Shown: one piece after another, positions 1 to 10,783 of the stretch | How the letters are laid out: every line of letters starts with the position of its first letter | Position numbering within the stretch: the stretch's first letter is position 1 | Translations under genes and position numbers: made by a program | Notes under the pieces: generated by a model | Seen by the model: the letters and a program-made list of their open reading frames with translations, nothing else | The model's database searches: none | What the model was told of the DNA's origin: nothing | NCBI GenBank assembly: GCA_038874595.1 | Contig: JAVZCB010000003.1 | Span: 59,332 to 123,331, forward strand | Direction: 5' to 3' | From: Candidatus Micrarchaeia archaeon | Lineage (GTDB): Archaea; Micrarchaeota; Micrarchaeia; CAILAH01 | Length of the DNA stretch: 64,000 nt

Positions 1-166
1 GAATTGCAGAACAAGTTTTATCAATTTTTGAGTCTAATCTTTTAATATTCAAAATATCTATTCCATTCTTTTTATCAATTTTAATAAGGTCGTACTTTTG
101 CTCAAGGTAATTACACAAATTATGACCGATAAAACCTTCTGAACCAGTTATTGCAATTTTTAGCAT
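1..166 (-). CDS. NAD-dependent epimerase/dehydratase, N-terminal part (runs off the window edge)
   Basis: Manual translation from ATG at 166 gives MLKIAITGSEGFIGHNLCNYL..., a GxxGxxG Rossmann motif. Not in the ORF track because it is truncated. Confidence 0.8.
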   Translation of the reverse strand, partial: MLKIAITGSEGFIGHNLCNYLEQKYDLIKIDKKNGIDILNIKRLDSKIDKTCSAI

Positions 167-188
167 ATTATCCTTTGAGATATTATTT

Positions 189-1073
189 TTATAAATCTCT
201 GCTTATCTCTCTTATACCAAAAATCCATTGCAAATAGCCTAATATAACACAGTAAGTAACAATAATTTCTAATAATCCTAAACCCAACGGAATATCCATA
301 CCGTCTTTTATATATCTTATACCGGTGAGCAATCCTTTTAAAAATGGAATAATCCATAAAACAGGAATGATAGATATTACTGAAATAATGCTAGCAAGCA
401 AAAGTTTGAAATCCTTGGTTTTTATTATATAATAAGGGATAGTTCTACCGTACCATACATATCTTCTGCAAAATTTATAAAAATTCATGTCTCCAATGGC
501 GCGTGATACTCCAATATTCTTTGTTAATGAAATATATTTTTTATTATGATATAATTCCTTAGAAAATAGTTTATCCTCACCATACCCTAAAGATTCATCA
601 TATCTAGGGCAAATATTTTTTTTAATTATATGAAAACTAAACGGCTCATCTCTATAATAAATCAATTTTCTTAGATAAGAGAAATTTACCAACTTCTTAA
701 TAGGTCTATAAGATATACCTATGCCTATAAAATCCACTTTTGGGTTTGCCTTGATTATTTCATAAATTTTGTGCAATACACTTCTATCTAATAACCTCCA
801 ATCGGCGTCCATAAATATAACGTACTGACTTTTTGCTTTCTCTAAACCATAGTTTCTTGCAGCAGCAGGACCTTTCTTTTTGCAATTATAAATTTTAATT
901 TCAGGAAATGTCTTTTGGTTTTCTCTAAGATAGTTTATGCTATTGTCTTTTGATCCGCCATCTACAAAAATCAATTCGTCTGCTTTTTTAGTTTGTGATT
1001 TATAATTTTCTAAGAAACAAGCTAGGTTTTTTTCTTCATTTAAAATAGGTATGATTATACTTAGAGTAACCAT
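189..1073 (-). CDS. Glycosyltransferase family 2
   Basis: SIIIPILNEE, VDGGSKD, GPAAARNYG and DAD motifs; hydrophobic C-terminus. Confidence 0.9.
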   Translation of the reverse strand: MVTLSIIIPILNEEKNLACFLENYKSQTKKADELIFVDGGSKDNSINYLRENQKTFPEIKIYNCKKKGPAAARNYGLEKAKSQYVIFMDADWRLLDRSVLHKIYEIIKANPKVDFIGIGISYRPIKKLVNFSYLRKLIYYRDEPFSFHIIKKNICPRYDESLGYGEDKLFSKELYHNKKYISLTKNIGVSRAIGDMNFYKFCRRYVWYGRTIPYYIIKTKDFKLLLASIISVISIIPVLWIIPFLKGLLTGIRYIKDGMDIPLGLGLLEIIVTYCVILGYLQWIFGIREISRDL

Positions 1074-1150
1074 AATATCTCCTTTTATTTTTATAGATGT
1101 TGTATGCTAATTTTTATAAGCTAAATATATAGAATTATAATTGTGTAAAA

Positions 1151-2065
1151 ATGATCTGTGGGATATATACAGGCAAACACCCGGTACATGAGGTCTTATT
1201 TGAAAGTGTTTGTGATAAGACAATTCAGTTTAGGAGGGAATTTCTTCCTTTATGGGTGTTAAAACAAATTATGTACTGTCCAAAAGCAGACAAGTATATC
1301 ACGGAAAACAACTTTTATGCACCTATTGCGAGAAAAATAAGGGATAGACATGTTTCAATAATAAATCTTCTTTCAAGTCCATATATTTTGAAGTATTCCG
1401 CTTTTTTCAAACCTTTTGTAAATTATATAGATAAACAGATTTGTTTGGGAAATTTATCAAAGGACTTGTTTTTAGCGATTTATCCAAACTATAAGAATGA
1501 TGTTAATGTTATTTACCCATTTGTACTCGAGGAAGACTTAAAGTTAATAAAGGAAACAAAAAAGGAAACAAAACAACATACATCATCAAAGAAATCTAAT
1601 GTTTTCATAATAACCACAATTGCAAACGGTGATTATAAAATCAAAGGATTGGATTTGTTGGAGCAAGCAATCTCTACACTCAAAATTCCTCTAGAAGTTA
1701 AGATAGTAGGGAATACAAATTTTATTCCGAAAGATTCACGCATTAAGTTGTTAGGTAAACTCGATAAACGAACTTTGTATGGAATAGTTGCAAATTCTAC
1801 TTTATATGTTCAATCTTCTAGATTGGATATATTCCCCGTATCTGTATTAGAAGCATTACATTTGGGAGTACCTGTGTTGGTTTCTAATATGGTTGGATGT
1901 AAGGAATATTTATATGAAGAGAGCGTATTTCGCACTGAAGATGTTTTTGATTTACGTGAAAAATTACTGGCAAACTTAAGTTGCAGTACTTGTCATGTAA
2001 AGAAAAAGTTACCCTCCCAAAAAGTAGAGCTTATGAAGTTTTATGAGATGATAAATCATGCTTGA
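1151..2065 (+). CDS. Glycosyltransferase family 4 (GT-B)
   Basis: KGLDLL and SRLDIFPVSVLEALHLGVPVLVS motifs. Confidence 0.85.
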   Translation: MICGIYTGKHPVHEVLFESVCDKTIQFRREFLPLWVLKQIMYCPKADKYITENNFYAPIARKIRDRHVSIINLLSSPYILKYSAFFKPFVNYIDKQICLGNLSKDLFLAIYPNYKNDVNVIYPFVLEEDLKLIKETKKETKQHTSSKKSNVFIITTIANGDYKIKGLDLLEQAISTLKIPLEVKIVGNTNFIPKDSRIKLLGKLDKRTLYGIVANSTLYVQSSRLDIFPVSVLEALHLGVPVLVSNMVGCKEYLYEESVFRTEDVFDLREKLLANLSCSTCHVKKKLPSQKVELMKFYEMINHA

Positions 2066-2945
2066 AAGATTTTGGTCTTTCATAGAAGATCACAGAAATC
2101 CTTTGTATATTTATAGATTGATGGATGATATCAGTCTAGTGAAACAACTAAATGAGTACGAACTTAAAAACAGTAGGTTTGACCTCATAATTAGCGTTGA
2201 CGTTGAGCAAGATTTTGGATCTGCATCTAATAAACCAAAAAATAATTATACAAAGAAATTCTTCAAAGAGGTGTTTCCTTTATTACAGTTTAATCAAGAA
2301 TTGTTTATTCAAGCAAACATTCTTCCCGAAATTAGTTCTGATCTACCGAAAAAGATAGGTCTACATGGGTATACACATGATAATTGGAAGCTTGAATGGT
2401 TTTCAAGGGGTCATCAACTTTCTAGATTAGAAAAAGTTGATGCTATTACAAAATCTGTTGATTTGTTTTTAGAATATGGATTTGATAGACCTATCTCTTT
2501 TAGAGCGCCAAACCTCGCAATATATAATTCTGATTATGAAATTTTGGCAGATTTCGGTTTTAAATTTGATTCTTCTTTTCCTTCTTTTAGAAAACCTGGC
2601 ATTAGAATGGAAAAAAACTTTGGGGTTAAAATTATTCCAGTTTCATCAACTCCTTATTGTTATTTTAGTATTCCTAGCAGGAAGCATATAATAGTTAATT
2701 TAGGATTTCTTAGTAAACTTGGTATAGATGAGTTTACTACGCATTGTACAAACATATTAAAATATCAGGAGATTATTGGTGAAAAGAAATATCTTTTGTT
2801 TTTTTATCATCCATGGGAGTTTTTTAAAAATAAAACATTTAGTTATTGTTCGAAAGAAAACGTTTCACGTTTACTAAATTTTATAGATTCCCTTAAGGAT
2901 CAGTTAAATGTTAGGATATCTACTTTTCAGCAGTCTTTTGATTAA
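2058..2945 (+). CDS. Polysaccharide deacetylase (CE4/NodB-like)
   Basis: SVDVE, GLHGYTH, FRAP, FDSS and FYHPWE motifs. Confidence 0.85.
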   Translation: MLERFWSFIEDHRNPLYIYRLMDDISLVKQLNEYELKNSRFDLIISVDVEQDFGSASNKPKNNYTKKFFKEVFPLLQFNQELFIQANILPEISSDLPKKIGLHGYTHDNWKLEWFSRGHQLSRLEKVDAITKSVDLFLEYGFDRPISFRAPNLAIYNSDYEILADFGFKFDSSFPSFRKPGIRMEKNFGVKIIPVSSTPYCYFSIPSRKHIIVNLGFLSKLGIDEFTTHCTNILKYQEIIGEKKYLLFFYHPWEFFKNKTFSYCSKENVSRLLNFIDSLKDQLNVRISTFQQSFD

Positions 2946-4040
2946 CCTAACTATGTTTCCGTTTTCAGGTACAGCAATCTCTTTTAGTCTATTTGGATTA
3001 AAATTAGTTGTTGGTTTATATTTTCTTATTAAATTTATTAGTTCTTTTTCATTCGAAAATGTTTTACAAAATTTTGCATAATCTTCAAGGATATCAAAAA
3101 TGTACGTCTTTTTAGGTGCATATATAAAAACTTCTTTCCCAGCAAACATCGCTTCTAATATTACGTTTGATCCTTCGCTGATTATAATATCATTTTCAGC
3201 CAACTGTTTTTGTAAATCAGAAGAGTTATCTATGATTATATTATTATTTTTAAAATTTTTATACAATGCTAAATCCTCTTCAGGATGTGGTCGTATAGTT
3301 ATGTATACATCACACTGATTTGCAGTTTTGACTATGATATTAATAAATTCAAGCAATTGTTCCTTTTTCCAGTATCCAGCACCATACAAATTTGTAGTTG
3401 CTACAAGAATATGTATTCTTTCATTTAGCCTCCTAAGCGGTTTTTTAATAAAATTAAGTATAGGCCCTCCAGTTACATAGATATTTTCTTGGGGTATTCC
3501 TTTTGATACAAGGATATCCTTTGATTTTTTTCCCCACACGGCAATCTTATCCACGTTTCTGAAAAATTCCGGTTCTTCCTCTTTCTTTATTAAGTTTATT
3601 AATTTATACGCTGCTCGATCAAAAATATACCTTATTGAATACCTTCTAAATCCATCAATAATTTTTTTAAGCGTTATTTTTGCGCGATATTTTGCAGTTG
3701 ATAAATTTAGGACCGGGCCTTCTGCTACCATAAGTGTAAGTATATTTTTTTCCTTTGCAATTCTCACAAATCTGCTTTGAATTGGATCAGTGTCATTAAA
3801 TACTATAACTAGCCTACAATTGTATTTAGACAATATGTCGTTTTCTTGACCAAGTTTATATTCTATGAGATCCTCTTTTTTAATTTCTTTTTTTAGTAAA
3901 GAATTTCTTATCTCTTGAGACAACATTATGTCTTTTTCCTTACTTATATCTACAATTTTATAGGTAATTTTTTTGCCATTGATAATTTTTTTCGTGAGTT
4001 TTAAATTATATGAATTACCGGGAACAAACAAAACGCTCAT
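2904..4040 (-). CDS. GT-B fold protein, capsule/nonulosonate-transferase-like
   Basis: IAVWG, IYVTGGP, IRPHPEE and SNVILEAMFAGK motifs. Confidence 0.6.
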   Translation of the reverse strand: MSVLFVPGNSYNLKLTKKIINGKKITYKIVDISKEKDIMLSQEIRNSLLKKEIKKEDLIEYKLGQENDILSKYNCRLVIVFNDTDPIQSRFVRIAKEKNILTLMVAEGPVLNLSTAKYRAKITLKKIIDGFRRYSIRYIFDRAAYKLINLIKKEEEPEFFRNVDKIAVWGKKSKDILVSKGIPQENIYVTGGPILNFIKKPLRRLNERIHILVATTNLYGAGYWKKEQLLEFINIIVKTANQCDVYITIRPHPEEDLALYKNFKNNNIIIDNSSDLQKQLAENDIIISEGSNVILEAMFAGKEVFIYAPKKTYIFDILEDYAKFCKTFSNEKELINLIRKYKPTTNFNPNRLKEIAVPENGNIVRLIKRLLKSRYPNI

Positions 4041-4049
4041 TTTAAAACC

Positions 4050-4673
4050 TCATTTTTTCATATAAATAACCAAAGGATCACCTAATTTTGTCTCTAGAAA
4101 TATATGATTACCGAATATCTTATAAGTAAGTGGAACTCTTAATATTGGTTTTATAGAGAAAGAAGAAAAATGAAATTCGCTAATGAGTCGTGTCCACCTT
4201 TCAATAGGCATTCTGTTTTTGTTTAATCTCAGTATTTTTACAATGAGATTGGGTCTTGACCCGTTGGGTGTGGTTATAAGTGCTATTCCATTAGAGTTTA
4301 AATGTGTATAAATTGCAGAAATGATCTTTCTATAATTTTTTTTATCTATAAGCCCAAAAGTGCCAAAAGAATAAATAACATCAAATTTTGTTTTAAATGG
4401 AATCCCCTTTGTTATATCCCATTTTTTTATAATGGCTTTTTTGTTTAAGTTTTTTTGTGATTCCTTCACAGCTATGCTCGACTTATCTATGCCATATAAT
4501 TTACATCCCTTAAATAGAGATAATGTGTATCCAAAACCGCAACCGATATCAAGTATGTGCTTTTTTCTTAAGTTTAATAACCCATACTTATCTAGGAGTG
4601 ATTTATGATATGTAATTGTGTATATTTTTTTCCTCTCATATTCTTTGATTGCTTCTTTCGTAAAGTAATCCAT
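4050..4673 (-). CDS. Class I SAM-dependent methyltransferase
   Basis: ILDIGCGFG motif I, FDVI, ITTPN. Confidence 0.85.
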   Translation of the reverse strand: MDYFTKEAIKEYERKKIYTITYHKSLLDKYGLLNLRKKHILDIGCGFGYTLSLFKGCKLYGIDKSSIAVKESQKNLNKKAIIKKWDITKGIPFKTKFDVIYSFGTFGLIDKKNYRKIISAIYTHLNSNGIALITTPNGSRPNLIVKILRLNKNRMPIERWTRLISEFHFSSFSIKPILRVPLTYKIFGNHIFLETKLGDPLVIYMKK

Positions 4674-4681
4674 TCTAACAC

Positions 4682-5335
4682 CTATCTCTTTTTTATTATT
4701 CTTGCAGGTACACCTATCATAATAGACCGTGGGGGAACCTTACCTTTAACAACAGCATTTGCACCTATTACGCTTCCATCTCCAATTATAGAACCTCTCA
4801 ATATAGCGCAGTTATAACCCAACCACACATTATTGCCGATATAGGTAGGTGTTGTAACGAAGTTTTCTTCCTTCATAATTCTATCTTTGTAATTGTGATC
4901 AGTATCAGTTACAAACCCCCCTGCAATCAAACATTCATCACCTATCTCTATTTTCTTAAAGCAATTAACCGCAAAAAACCTACCAATGTAACAATTTTTA
5001 CCTATTTTTAAAACAGACCCATTTGCTGCGTTTAATCTAGCAAATTTTTCAATATGTGTTCCATCACCTATAAATATTTTAGAGTTTTCTCTTGCCCATA
5101 TTTCCAAATTGCCATCTAATCTAACGTTATCTCCAATATGAATTTCGGAATTTTGAAACACTCTTGCATCGATATCTCCCTTTATTCTTACATTTTTTCC
5201 AAACGATTTGCATTTTCTTTTGAAGTTTAAATAATTAAACCACCATATTGGGTTAACAAGCCGTGAAAGTTCACTTAGAGAAAGTTCTACGATTTTAATA
5301 AAACCATATTTTTTCCAGAATTCTATAATCCGCAT
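4682..5335 (-). CDS. Acyltransferase, hexapeptide-repeat (left-handed beta-helix) family
   Basis: Repeated IGDNV/IGKNC/IGDGSVIGANAVV; ends GVPARIIKKR. Confidence 0.9.
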   Translation of the reverse strand: MRIIEFWKKYGFIKIVELSLSELSRLVNPIWWFNYLNFKRKCKSFGKNVRIKGDIDARVFQNSEIHIGDNVRLDGNLEIWARENSKIFIGDGTHIEKFARLNAANGSVLKIGKNCYIGRFFAVNCFKKIEIGDECLIAGGFVTDTDHNYKDRIMKEENFVTTPTYIGNNVWLGYNCAILRGSIIGDGSVIGANAVVKGKVPPRSIMIGVPARIIKKR

Positions 5336-5374
5336 ATTTGTAAGTTATATAGGTAACTTTATTTAATTTTTGTA

Positions 5375-5590
5375 CTATTCGGTATCACATGTGGTGGATT
5401 TATTAATAAAACTAAGTCGATATCCATTTGCAGCACCTATTTCTATCACCTTTTTTGGTTTTATATTAATGATTTCAATAGCTTTCATTATAGGGTCATT
5501 GTCCTCAGTCCTAATAAAAAGCTTATCCTTGTTCCTAACGAACCAATTATCTGCTTCAGTACTTTTGAATATATTATCTTGCGCTGCCAT
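5375..5590 (-). pseudogene. Truncated class I SAM methyltransferase
   Basis: 71 aa that stop shortly after motif I (VIEIGAANG). Confidence 0.6.
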
Positions 5591-5641
5591 ATATAACTAT
5601 CAAACTAAACAATTAAATGATTTATAAGCAAAAAAGAAGCA

Positions 5642-6646
5642 GTGTTGGTTCATATGAAAGAAGAGGAAATTCGACCACAAACGCTAATGTATGAGGATGA
5701 AATTCTTCATAGAATAGATGTAAGTGAAATGTTAAAATGGAAGAATGCATTTGTTAAGATATCCTGTCCGGCGTGCGAATCTTTGGATCATAAACTAATG
5801 TTTGAAAAAGAAGGTTTTTCTTTTGTTAGATGTGTTATGTGCAATACTTTATTTATAAATCCAAGACCCACTTTTAAAATGCTCTCTGATTTTTACTCAA
5901 ATTCAAAAAGTATTAAGCATTGGAATGATAAAATATTTCCCTCCTCAGAAGAAGTTCGACGAGCTAAGATATTTTTGCCTCGTGCTGAGAAAGTGAAAGA
6001 AATCTACTTAAAATACAAAGGCAGATCGGGCGGCACTCTTCTTGATGTAGGTGCGGGGTTTGGGACTTTTTGTGAGGAAGTTAAAAAGACAGGAGCATTT
6101 GACAAAGTAATCGCCGTAGAACCCTCACCAAGTTTGGCGGAAACTTGTAGGCGCAAGGGTCTTAATGTTATTGAGAAACCAATAGAAGAAGTTGAAATGA
6201 GTGATGTGGATCTTATAACTAATTTTGAGCTTATAGAGCATTTGTACTGGCCAAAAGATTTTGTAATTTCGTGTGCCAAGATGCTTCCAAAAAATGGTTT
6301 GTTTGTTTTAACAACTCCTAATATAGAGGGTTTTGATTTAGTTATGTTGGGGCCATTATCTGATAATATTGTAGGTCCTAATCACTTAAATTACTTTAAT
6401 CCATATTCTCTGACGCAGCTTTTGCAGAGATGTGGATTTGAAGTACTTGAAATTACTACTCCTGGTAAATTAGATGCAGAAATTGTTAGAAAGAAAGTAT
6501 TAGATGGCAAATATGATATTTCAAGCTGTCCTTTTCTTAAGGAGATACTTATAGATAGATGGGAAAGTGTAGGTATAAATTTCCAAAAGTTTTTGGTAGA
6601 AAACAAACTTTCATCGCATATGTGGGTTGTAGCTAGAAAAATATAG
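5642..6646 (+). CDS. Class I SAM methyltransferase with N-terminal zinc ribbon (likely start ATG 5654)
   Basis: CPAC...CVMC, LLDVGAGFG, ELIEHL, HLNYF. Confidence 0.85.
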   Translation: MLVHMKEEEIRPQTLMYEDEILHRIDVSEMLKWKNAFVKISCPACESLDHKLMFEKEGFSFVRCVMCNTLFINPRPTFKMLSDFYSNSKSIKHWNDKIFPSSEEVRRAKIFLPRAEKVKEIYLKYKGRSGGTLLDVGAGFGTFCEEVKKTGAFDKVIAVEPSPSLAETCRRKGLNVIEKPIEEVEMSDVDLITNFELIEHLYWPKDFVISCAKMLPKNGLFVLTTPNIEGFDLVMLGPLSDNIVGPNHLNYFNPYSLTQLLQRCGFEVLEITTPGKLDAEIVRKKVLDGKYDISSCPFLKEILIDRWESVGINFQKFLVENKLSSHMWVVARKI

Positions 6647-6654
6647 GTGATTAT

Positions 6655-7962
6655 ATGTCCAAAGGAACTGAATTATGGAAACGTGCAAAAAAAATAATTC
6701 CAGGTGGAAGTCAGCTACTATCAAAACGTTCTGAGATGTTTCTCCCTGAATTATGGCCCTCTTACTATTCTAAAGCAAAAGGAATAGATATCTGGGATTT
6801 GGATGGCAAAAAATATGCTGACATGTGCATAATGGGGATAGGCTCATGTATTTTAGGGTATGCAGATGATGATGTTAATGAAGCAGTTAAAGCTAGGGTA
6901 GATACTGCTAATATGACCACATTCAATTGTCCTGAAGAAGTTGAGCTTGCAGAAAAGCTTATTTCTTTGAATTCATGGGCAGGAAAAGTAAGGTATGCAA
7001 GAACTGGTGGAGAAGCAATGGCTATTGCAGTGCGGATTGCCAGAGCTTTTTCAAAAAAGGATAAAGTGGCATTTTGTGGTTATCATGGATGGCATGACTG
7101 GTATCTTGCCACCAATATTGAAAATCCTAACGGCTTAAACGAGCATTTATTAAAAGGTCTTAGTCCATCAGGAGTTCCAAAAGTATTGTGTGGTACAGCA
7201 TTACCTTTTCATTATAATCACATAGAGGAATTGGAAACAATCGCAGAAAAAAACGATATTGGAGCAATCGTGATGGAACCAATACGTTCACAACAACCAA
7301 AAGAGGATTTTCTCAAGAAAGTGAGGAAGATCGCAGATGAACATAATGCAGTACTTGTATTTGATGAGGTTACTTCTGCTTGGAGATTAACTTTAGGTGG
7401 TATGTATAAAAAGTTTGGAGTTACACCAGATATAGTTGTATTTGGAAAGGCGATGAGTAATGGATATCCTATGGCGGCAGTCGTTGGTAAAAATGAGGTA
7501 ATGGATGTTGCCCAAGATAGTTTTATTAGCAGTACTTATTGGACAGAAGGTATAGGACCAACAGCCGCTCTTGCTACTATAGATAAATTACAAAGAAAAA
7601 ATGTACCTTCACATATAGAAAGAATAGGTAATTATATGTTAGACTTATGGGAGAAGCTAGGTAGAGAAAATGAAGTTAAAATACATGTTGATAGCGGTTT
7701 TCCAGGGATAGGCCATTTTGATTTTGAATATGAAAATAAGCAAGCAATTGCTACTTTGTTTACGCAGGAAATGCTTGCAAGAGGATATTTGGCATCTCGT
7801 GGTTTCTATGTGTCTTATTCCCACACGGAAGAAAGCCTGAATAAATATCATGAGACGGCATCTGAGGTTTTTAAAATTATAAGTAATGCGATAGCTGAGA
7901 ACAAAGTTGAAAAATCTCTTAAAGGGTCGATAGCACACTCCGGATTTCAAAGGCTTACTTAA
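6655..7962 (+). CDS. Class III PLP-dependent aminotransferase (GSA-aminomutase-like, glycan-cluster type)
   Basis: RTGGEA, GYHGWHDW, FDEVTS, FGKAMSNG (PLP lysine). Confidence 0.9.
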   Translation: MSKGTELWKRAKKIIPGGSQLLSKRSEMFLPELWPSYYSKAKGIDIWDLDGKKYADMCIMGIGSCILGYADDDVNEAVKARVDTANMTTFNCPEEVELAEKLISLNSWAGKVRYARTGGEAMAIAVRIARAFSKKDKVAFCGYHGWHDWYLATNIENPNGLNEHLLKGLSPSGVPKVLCGTALPFHYNHIEELETIAEKNDIGAIVMEPIRSQQPKEDFLKKVRKIADEHNAVLVFDEVTSAWRLTLGGMYKKFGVTPDIVVFGKAMSNGYPMAAVVGKNEVMDVAQDSFISSTYWTEGIGPTAALATIDKLQRKNVPSHIERIGNYMLDLWEKLGRENEVKIHVDSGFPGIGHFDFEYENKQAIATLFTQEMLARGYLASRGFYVSYSHTEESLNKYHETASEVFKIISNAIAENKVEKSLKGSIAHSGFQRLT

Positions 7963-8716
7963 CCTTCTTATCTTCCTTTAATGATTTTAAGTATCCTTCG
8001 TTTATCAATCTCCCTTTTACGATATCTGTCAATTGTGGTTTTTCTTCTAACAGTTGAATTACATCTCTATATGTAAATTTGTGATCCAACCCTCTTTTAT
8101 ACATTTCTCTATAAATTCTTCTAGCAAAAATTAAGTCTTCCTTTCTATCTACACTACACTGCAAGTTTTCAAATCTAGGGTCATTTTTTCTATAAAATAC
8201 TCTAAACTTTCCACTGTCTCGCATATAGGGAGTAACATGTTCTCTTTGCGATTTCATATCTGCACGTTTCCAGCTTTCTTCAAGAATTCTGAACGAAAAT
8301 ACCTCAACATCAAACCCATCCATCCAGGGAGGTTTTACGTTAGCAACATAATCATAATTGCCTTTTTTAAAAATATCTATCATTTCATCAACGAGTATAG
8401 GATCATTAAGAGGTGAATCTCCCGTAACTCTAATTATAATATCCAAATTATGCTCCTTTGCAGCACAGTAATATCTATCTAGCACGTCCTCCTCATTTCC
8501 TCTGTAGCAAGGCACATTTTCTTTCTTGCATAAATTTACTATTGGATTATCTTTTTTACTAGTTGTTGTTGCAACTATGATTACATTTGCGTTTTTTGAA
8601 TGTTTCATCCTCTCTATAACATGCCAAATCAATGGTTTCCCACAGATTTTCATCATAGATTTTCCAGGAAGACGAGTGGATCCCATTCTAGCTTGAATTA
8701 TTATTCCTATTTTCAT
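7955..8716 (-). CDS. spsF: SpsF-family cytidylyltransferase (probable CMP-nonulosonate synthetase)
   Basis: IIQARMGSTRLPGK, EEDVLDRY, RVTGDSP, REHVTPY. Confidence 0.85.
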   Translation of the reverse strand: MKIGIIIQARMGSTRLPGKSMMKICGKPLIWHVIERMKHSKNANVIIVATTTSKKDNPIVNLCKKENVPCYRGNEEDVLDRYYCAAKEHNLDIIIRVTGDSPLNDPILVDEMIDIFKKGNYDYVANVKPPWMDGFDVEVFSFRILEESWKRADMKSQREHVTPYMRDSGKFRVFYRKNDPRFENLQCSVDRKEDLIFARRIYREMYKRGLDHKFTYRDVIQLLEEKPQLTDIVKGRLINEGYLKSLKEDKKVK

Positions 8717-9681
8717 ACTTCACACATCTCCCTTGCTTTTAGTGCAATTTTAAGGACGTGCTTTGCTTCATCAATTGTTGAAATATTATTTTCCATTTTA
8801 TTCAGGCAACAATCTATGAAATACTTTATTTCTTCCACATACATCTCATCTATCATCTCATTGATTTTTTCTTCTTTCCAATTTTTTTTATTGCAATCAT
8901 ATATTCGTATAGTTCCTTCCAAAAGATCACAATAGATTGTTCCACTCTCACAAACGATCTCACAATACCTTTTCTTATCTCTTCTTACAAAATCAAGATG
9001 AATATTAACAAGTGCACCTTTATCATTTTTTAGCAACATTTCTACAGTATCCTCAACATTTATCTCTAAATTGCTTAGCTTACCACACGCAGAAGATATT
9101 AATTCCAGTTTACCAAACAGCCAATTTGCGTAATCTATTTCGTGTGAAGCATCTAATATTATTCCGCCACCCATTTCTTTTATTGCACTATAACTTTTTC
9201 TATAATCTTGCCATGGTCTCCAATCAGGAAGATATTGCCCAAACAGAATTTTTGCATATATCATCTTTCCCAAGATACCACTATCCAAAACTTCTTTTAC
9301 TCTTTTTAGACTTCTACTAAACCTCCAATTATATCCAACCATTGTTTTTACATTATTCTTTTTTGCGATCTCTTTTAGTTCATCGATCTCATCCAGTTTA
9401 TTAGAGACCGGTTTTTCAATAAACAAATGAACTTTTTTGAGAGCAAGTTTTTTTCCTAGCTCAACATGAGAGGAGGGAGGTGTACATATTAGGGCGATAT
9501 CAGGAACCATTTTTTGCATTGCAATATCTATATCTTCATAAGTTTTTACTTTGAATTCTTTTTCAACATATTCTCTGTACTCTTGAAAAGGGTCAATCCC
9601 TATAGGTGAATACCCTAATGATATTAGGTTTTTAATATGCCTTCTTCCTATAGAACCACAACCGATCACAAAGATATTCAT
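8713..9681 (-). CDS. Gfo/Idh/MocA oxidoreductase
   Basis: IGCGSIGRRH, IEKP, GGGIILDASHEID. Confidence 0.9.
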   Translation of the reverse strand: MNIFVIGCGSIGRRHIKNLISLGYSPIGIDPFQEYREYVEKEFKVKTYEDIDIAMQKMVPDIALICTPPSSHVELGKKLALKKVHLFIEKPVSNKLDEIDELKEIAKKNNVKTMVGYNWRFSRSLKRVKEVLDSGILGKMIYAKILFGQYLPDWRPWQDYRKSYSAIKEMGGGIILDASHEIDYANWLFGKLELISSACGKLSNLEINVEDTVEMLLKNDKGALVNIHLDFVRRDKKRYCEIVCESGTIYCDLLEGTIRIYDCNKKNWKEEKINEMIDEMYVEEIKYFIDCCLNKMENNISTIDEAKHVLKIALKAREMCEV

Positions 9682-10499
9682 ATTAGTATCCCTCTTCTCC
9701 TATTAGCACATATTCTTAAATTATCCATAAGCATTGCAACGGTTAGAGGGCCAACACCCCCAGGTACTGGTGTTATATTTGCGATTTCTTTTATCTCATT
9801 AAAATCGCAATCCCCAACAAGTTCTCCATTTACCCTGTTAATTCCAACGTCTATAACGGTTGCGTTTGGCTTTACCATATTTTTTGTAATGAGATTCTCT
9901 TTTCCTACCGCAACGACCAAAATATCGGCATTTCTGGTAAATCCATCAAGATTTTTTGTATGACTATGACACACAGTTACGGTGGCATTTTCATTTAGCA
10001 AGAGATAAGATATAGGCCTGCCAACAATATAACTTCTTCCTACAATAACTGCATTTTTCCCTTTTATCCCAATACCATAATATTTGAGCAAGTACATGAT
10101 GCTCTTAGGGGTTGCAGGTATAATTTCGGGTTTATTAAGGAATAACCTGCCCATATTTTGTGGAGTAAGCCCATCAACATCTTTGTCTGGATTAATACTT
10201 GATAGGACGTTGATAGTGTTAACATGGCTTGGTAGCGGTAACTGCACGACAATTCCATCAACATCGTCATTCTTATTTAATTTTTCAATTTCTGATATAA
10301 TCTCCTTCTCTGTGCTTTGTTCATCCATTTTAATGAGTGTTCCTTCTCCTCCAAGTTTTTTTACGGTCTCAAGTTTTCTTTTTACGTAAATCTCGGACGA
10401 GGTGTCATTACCAACAAGTACGATTGATAGATGCTCCCCATTATGAAATCTGATTTCTCTCAGCACTTCTTGTGCCAAATTATTGCCATATAATATCAT
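9678..10499 (-). CDS. folD: Methylenetetrahydrofolate dehydrogenase/cyclohydrolase
   Basis: YVKRK, VQLPLP, KDVDGL, GRSYIVGRP, DVGINR, TPVPGGVGPLTVAML. Confidence 0.95.
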   Translation of the reverse strand: MILYGNNLAQEVLREIRFHNGEHLSIVLVGNDTSSEIYVKRKLETVKKLGGEGTLIKMDEQSTEKEIISEIEKLNKNDDVDGIVVQLPLPSHVNTINVLSSINPDKDVDGLTPQNMGRLFLNKPEIIPATPKSIMYLLKYYGIGIKGKNAVIVGRSYIVGRPISYLLLNENATVTVCHSHTKNLDGFTRNADILVVAVGKENLITKNMVKPNATVIDVGINRVNGELVGDCDFNEIKEIANITPVPGGVGPLTVAMLMDNLRICANRRRGILI

Positions 10500-10551
10500 T
10501 GCAAATAATAGGGTTTTAAGGTATTTTAATTTATCTAAACAAATCTATTTT

Positions 10552-10783
10552 ATGAGAGTACTTGTTATTGCTGCTCATCCTGATGATGAAGTTTTGGGGG
10601 TAGGAGGGACAATTGCAAAACATGTGCACGATAGAGATATAGTAAAAGTGTTAATCCTTGGTAGGGGGGTTGCTTCAAGATACACATCTGTAAGCAAGAA
10701 TGTAAAAAACGAGATTAAAAATTTAAGACAATGCTCAAAGAATGCATTTATATGTTAGGGTAAATGATATAATTTTAGAATAA
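10552..10783 (+). pseudogene. PIG-L family N-deacetylase, frameshifted/truncated
   Basis: MRVLVIAAHPDDEVLGVGGTI motif, stop at 10758; a short VNDIILE continuation in another frame ends at 10783. Confidence 0.65.

Noticed and set aside
6655-7962. hemL (tetrapyrrole synthesis)
   Set aside because: No other hem genes nearby. Context and the GYHGWHDW motif fit the glycan-cluster class III aminotransferases.
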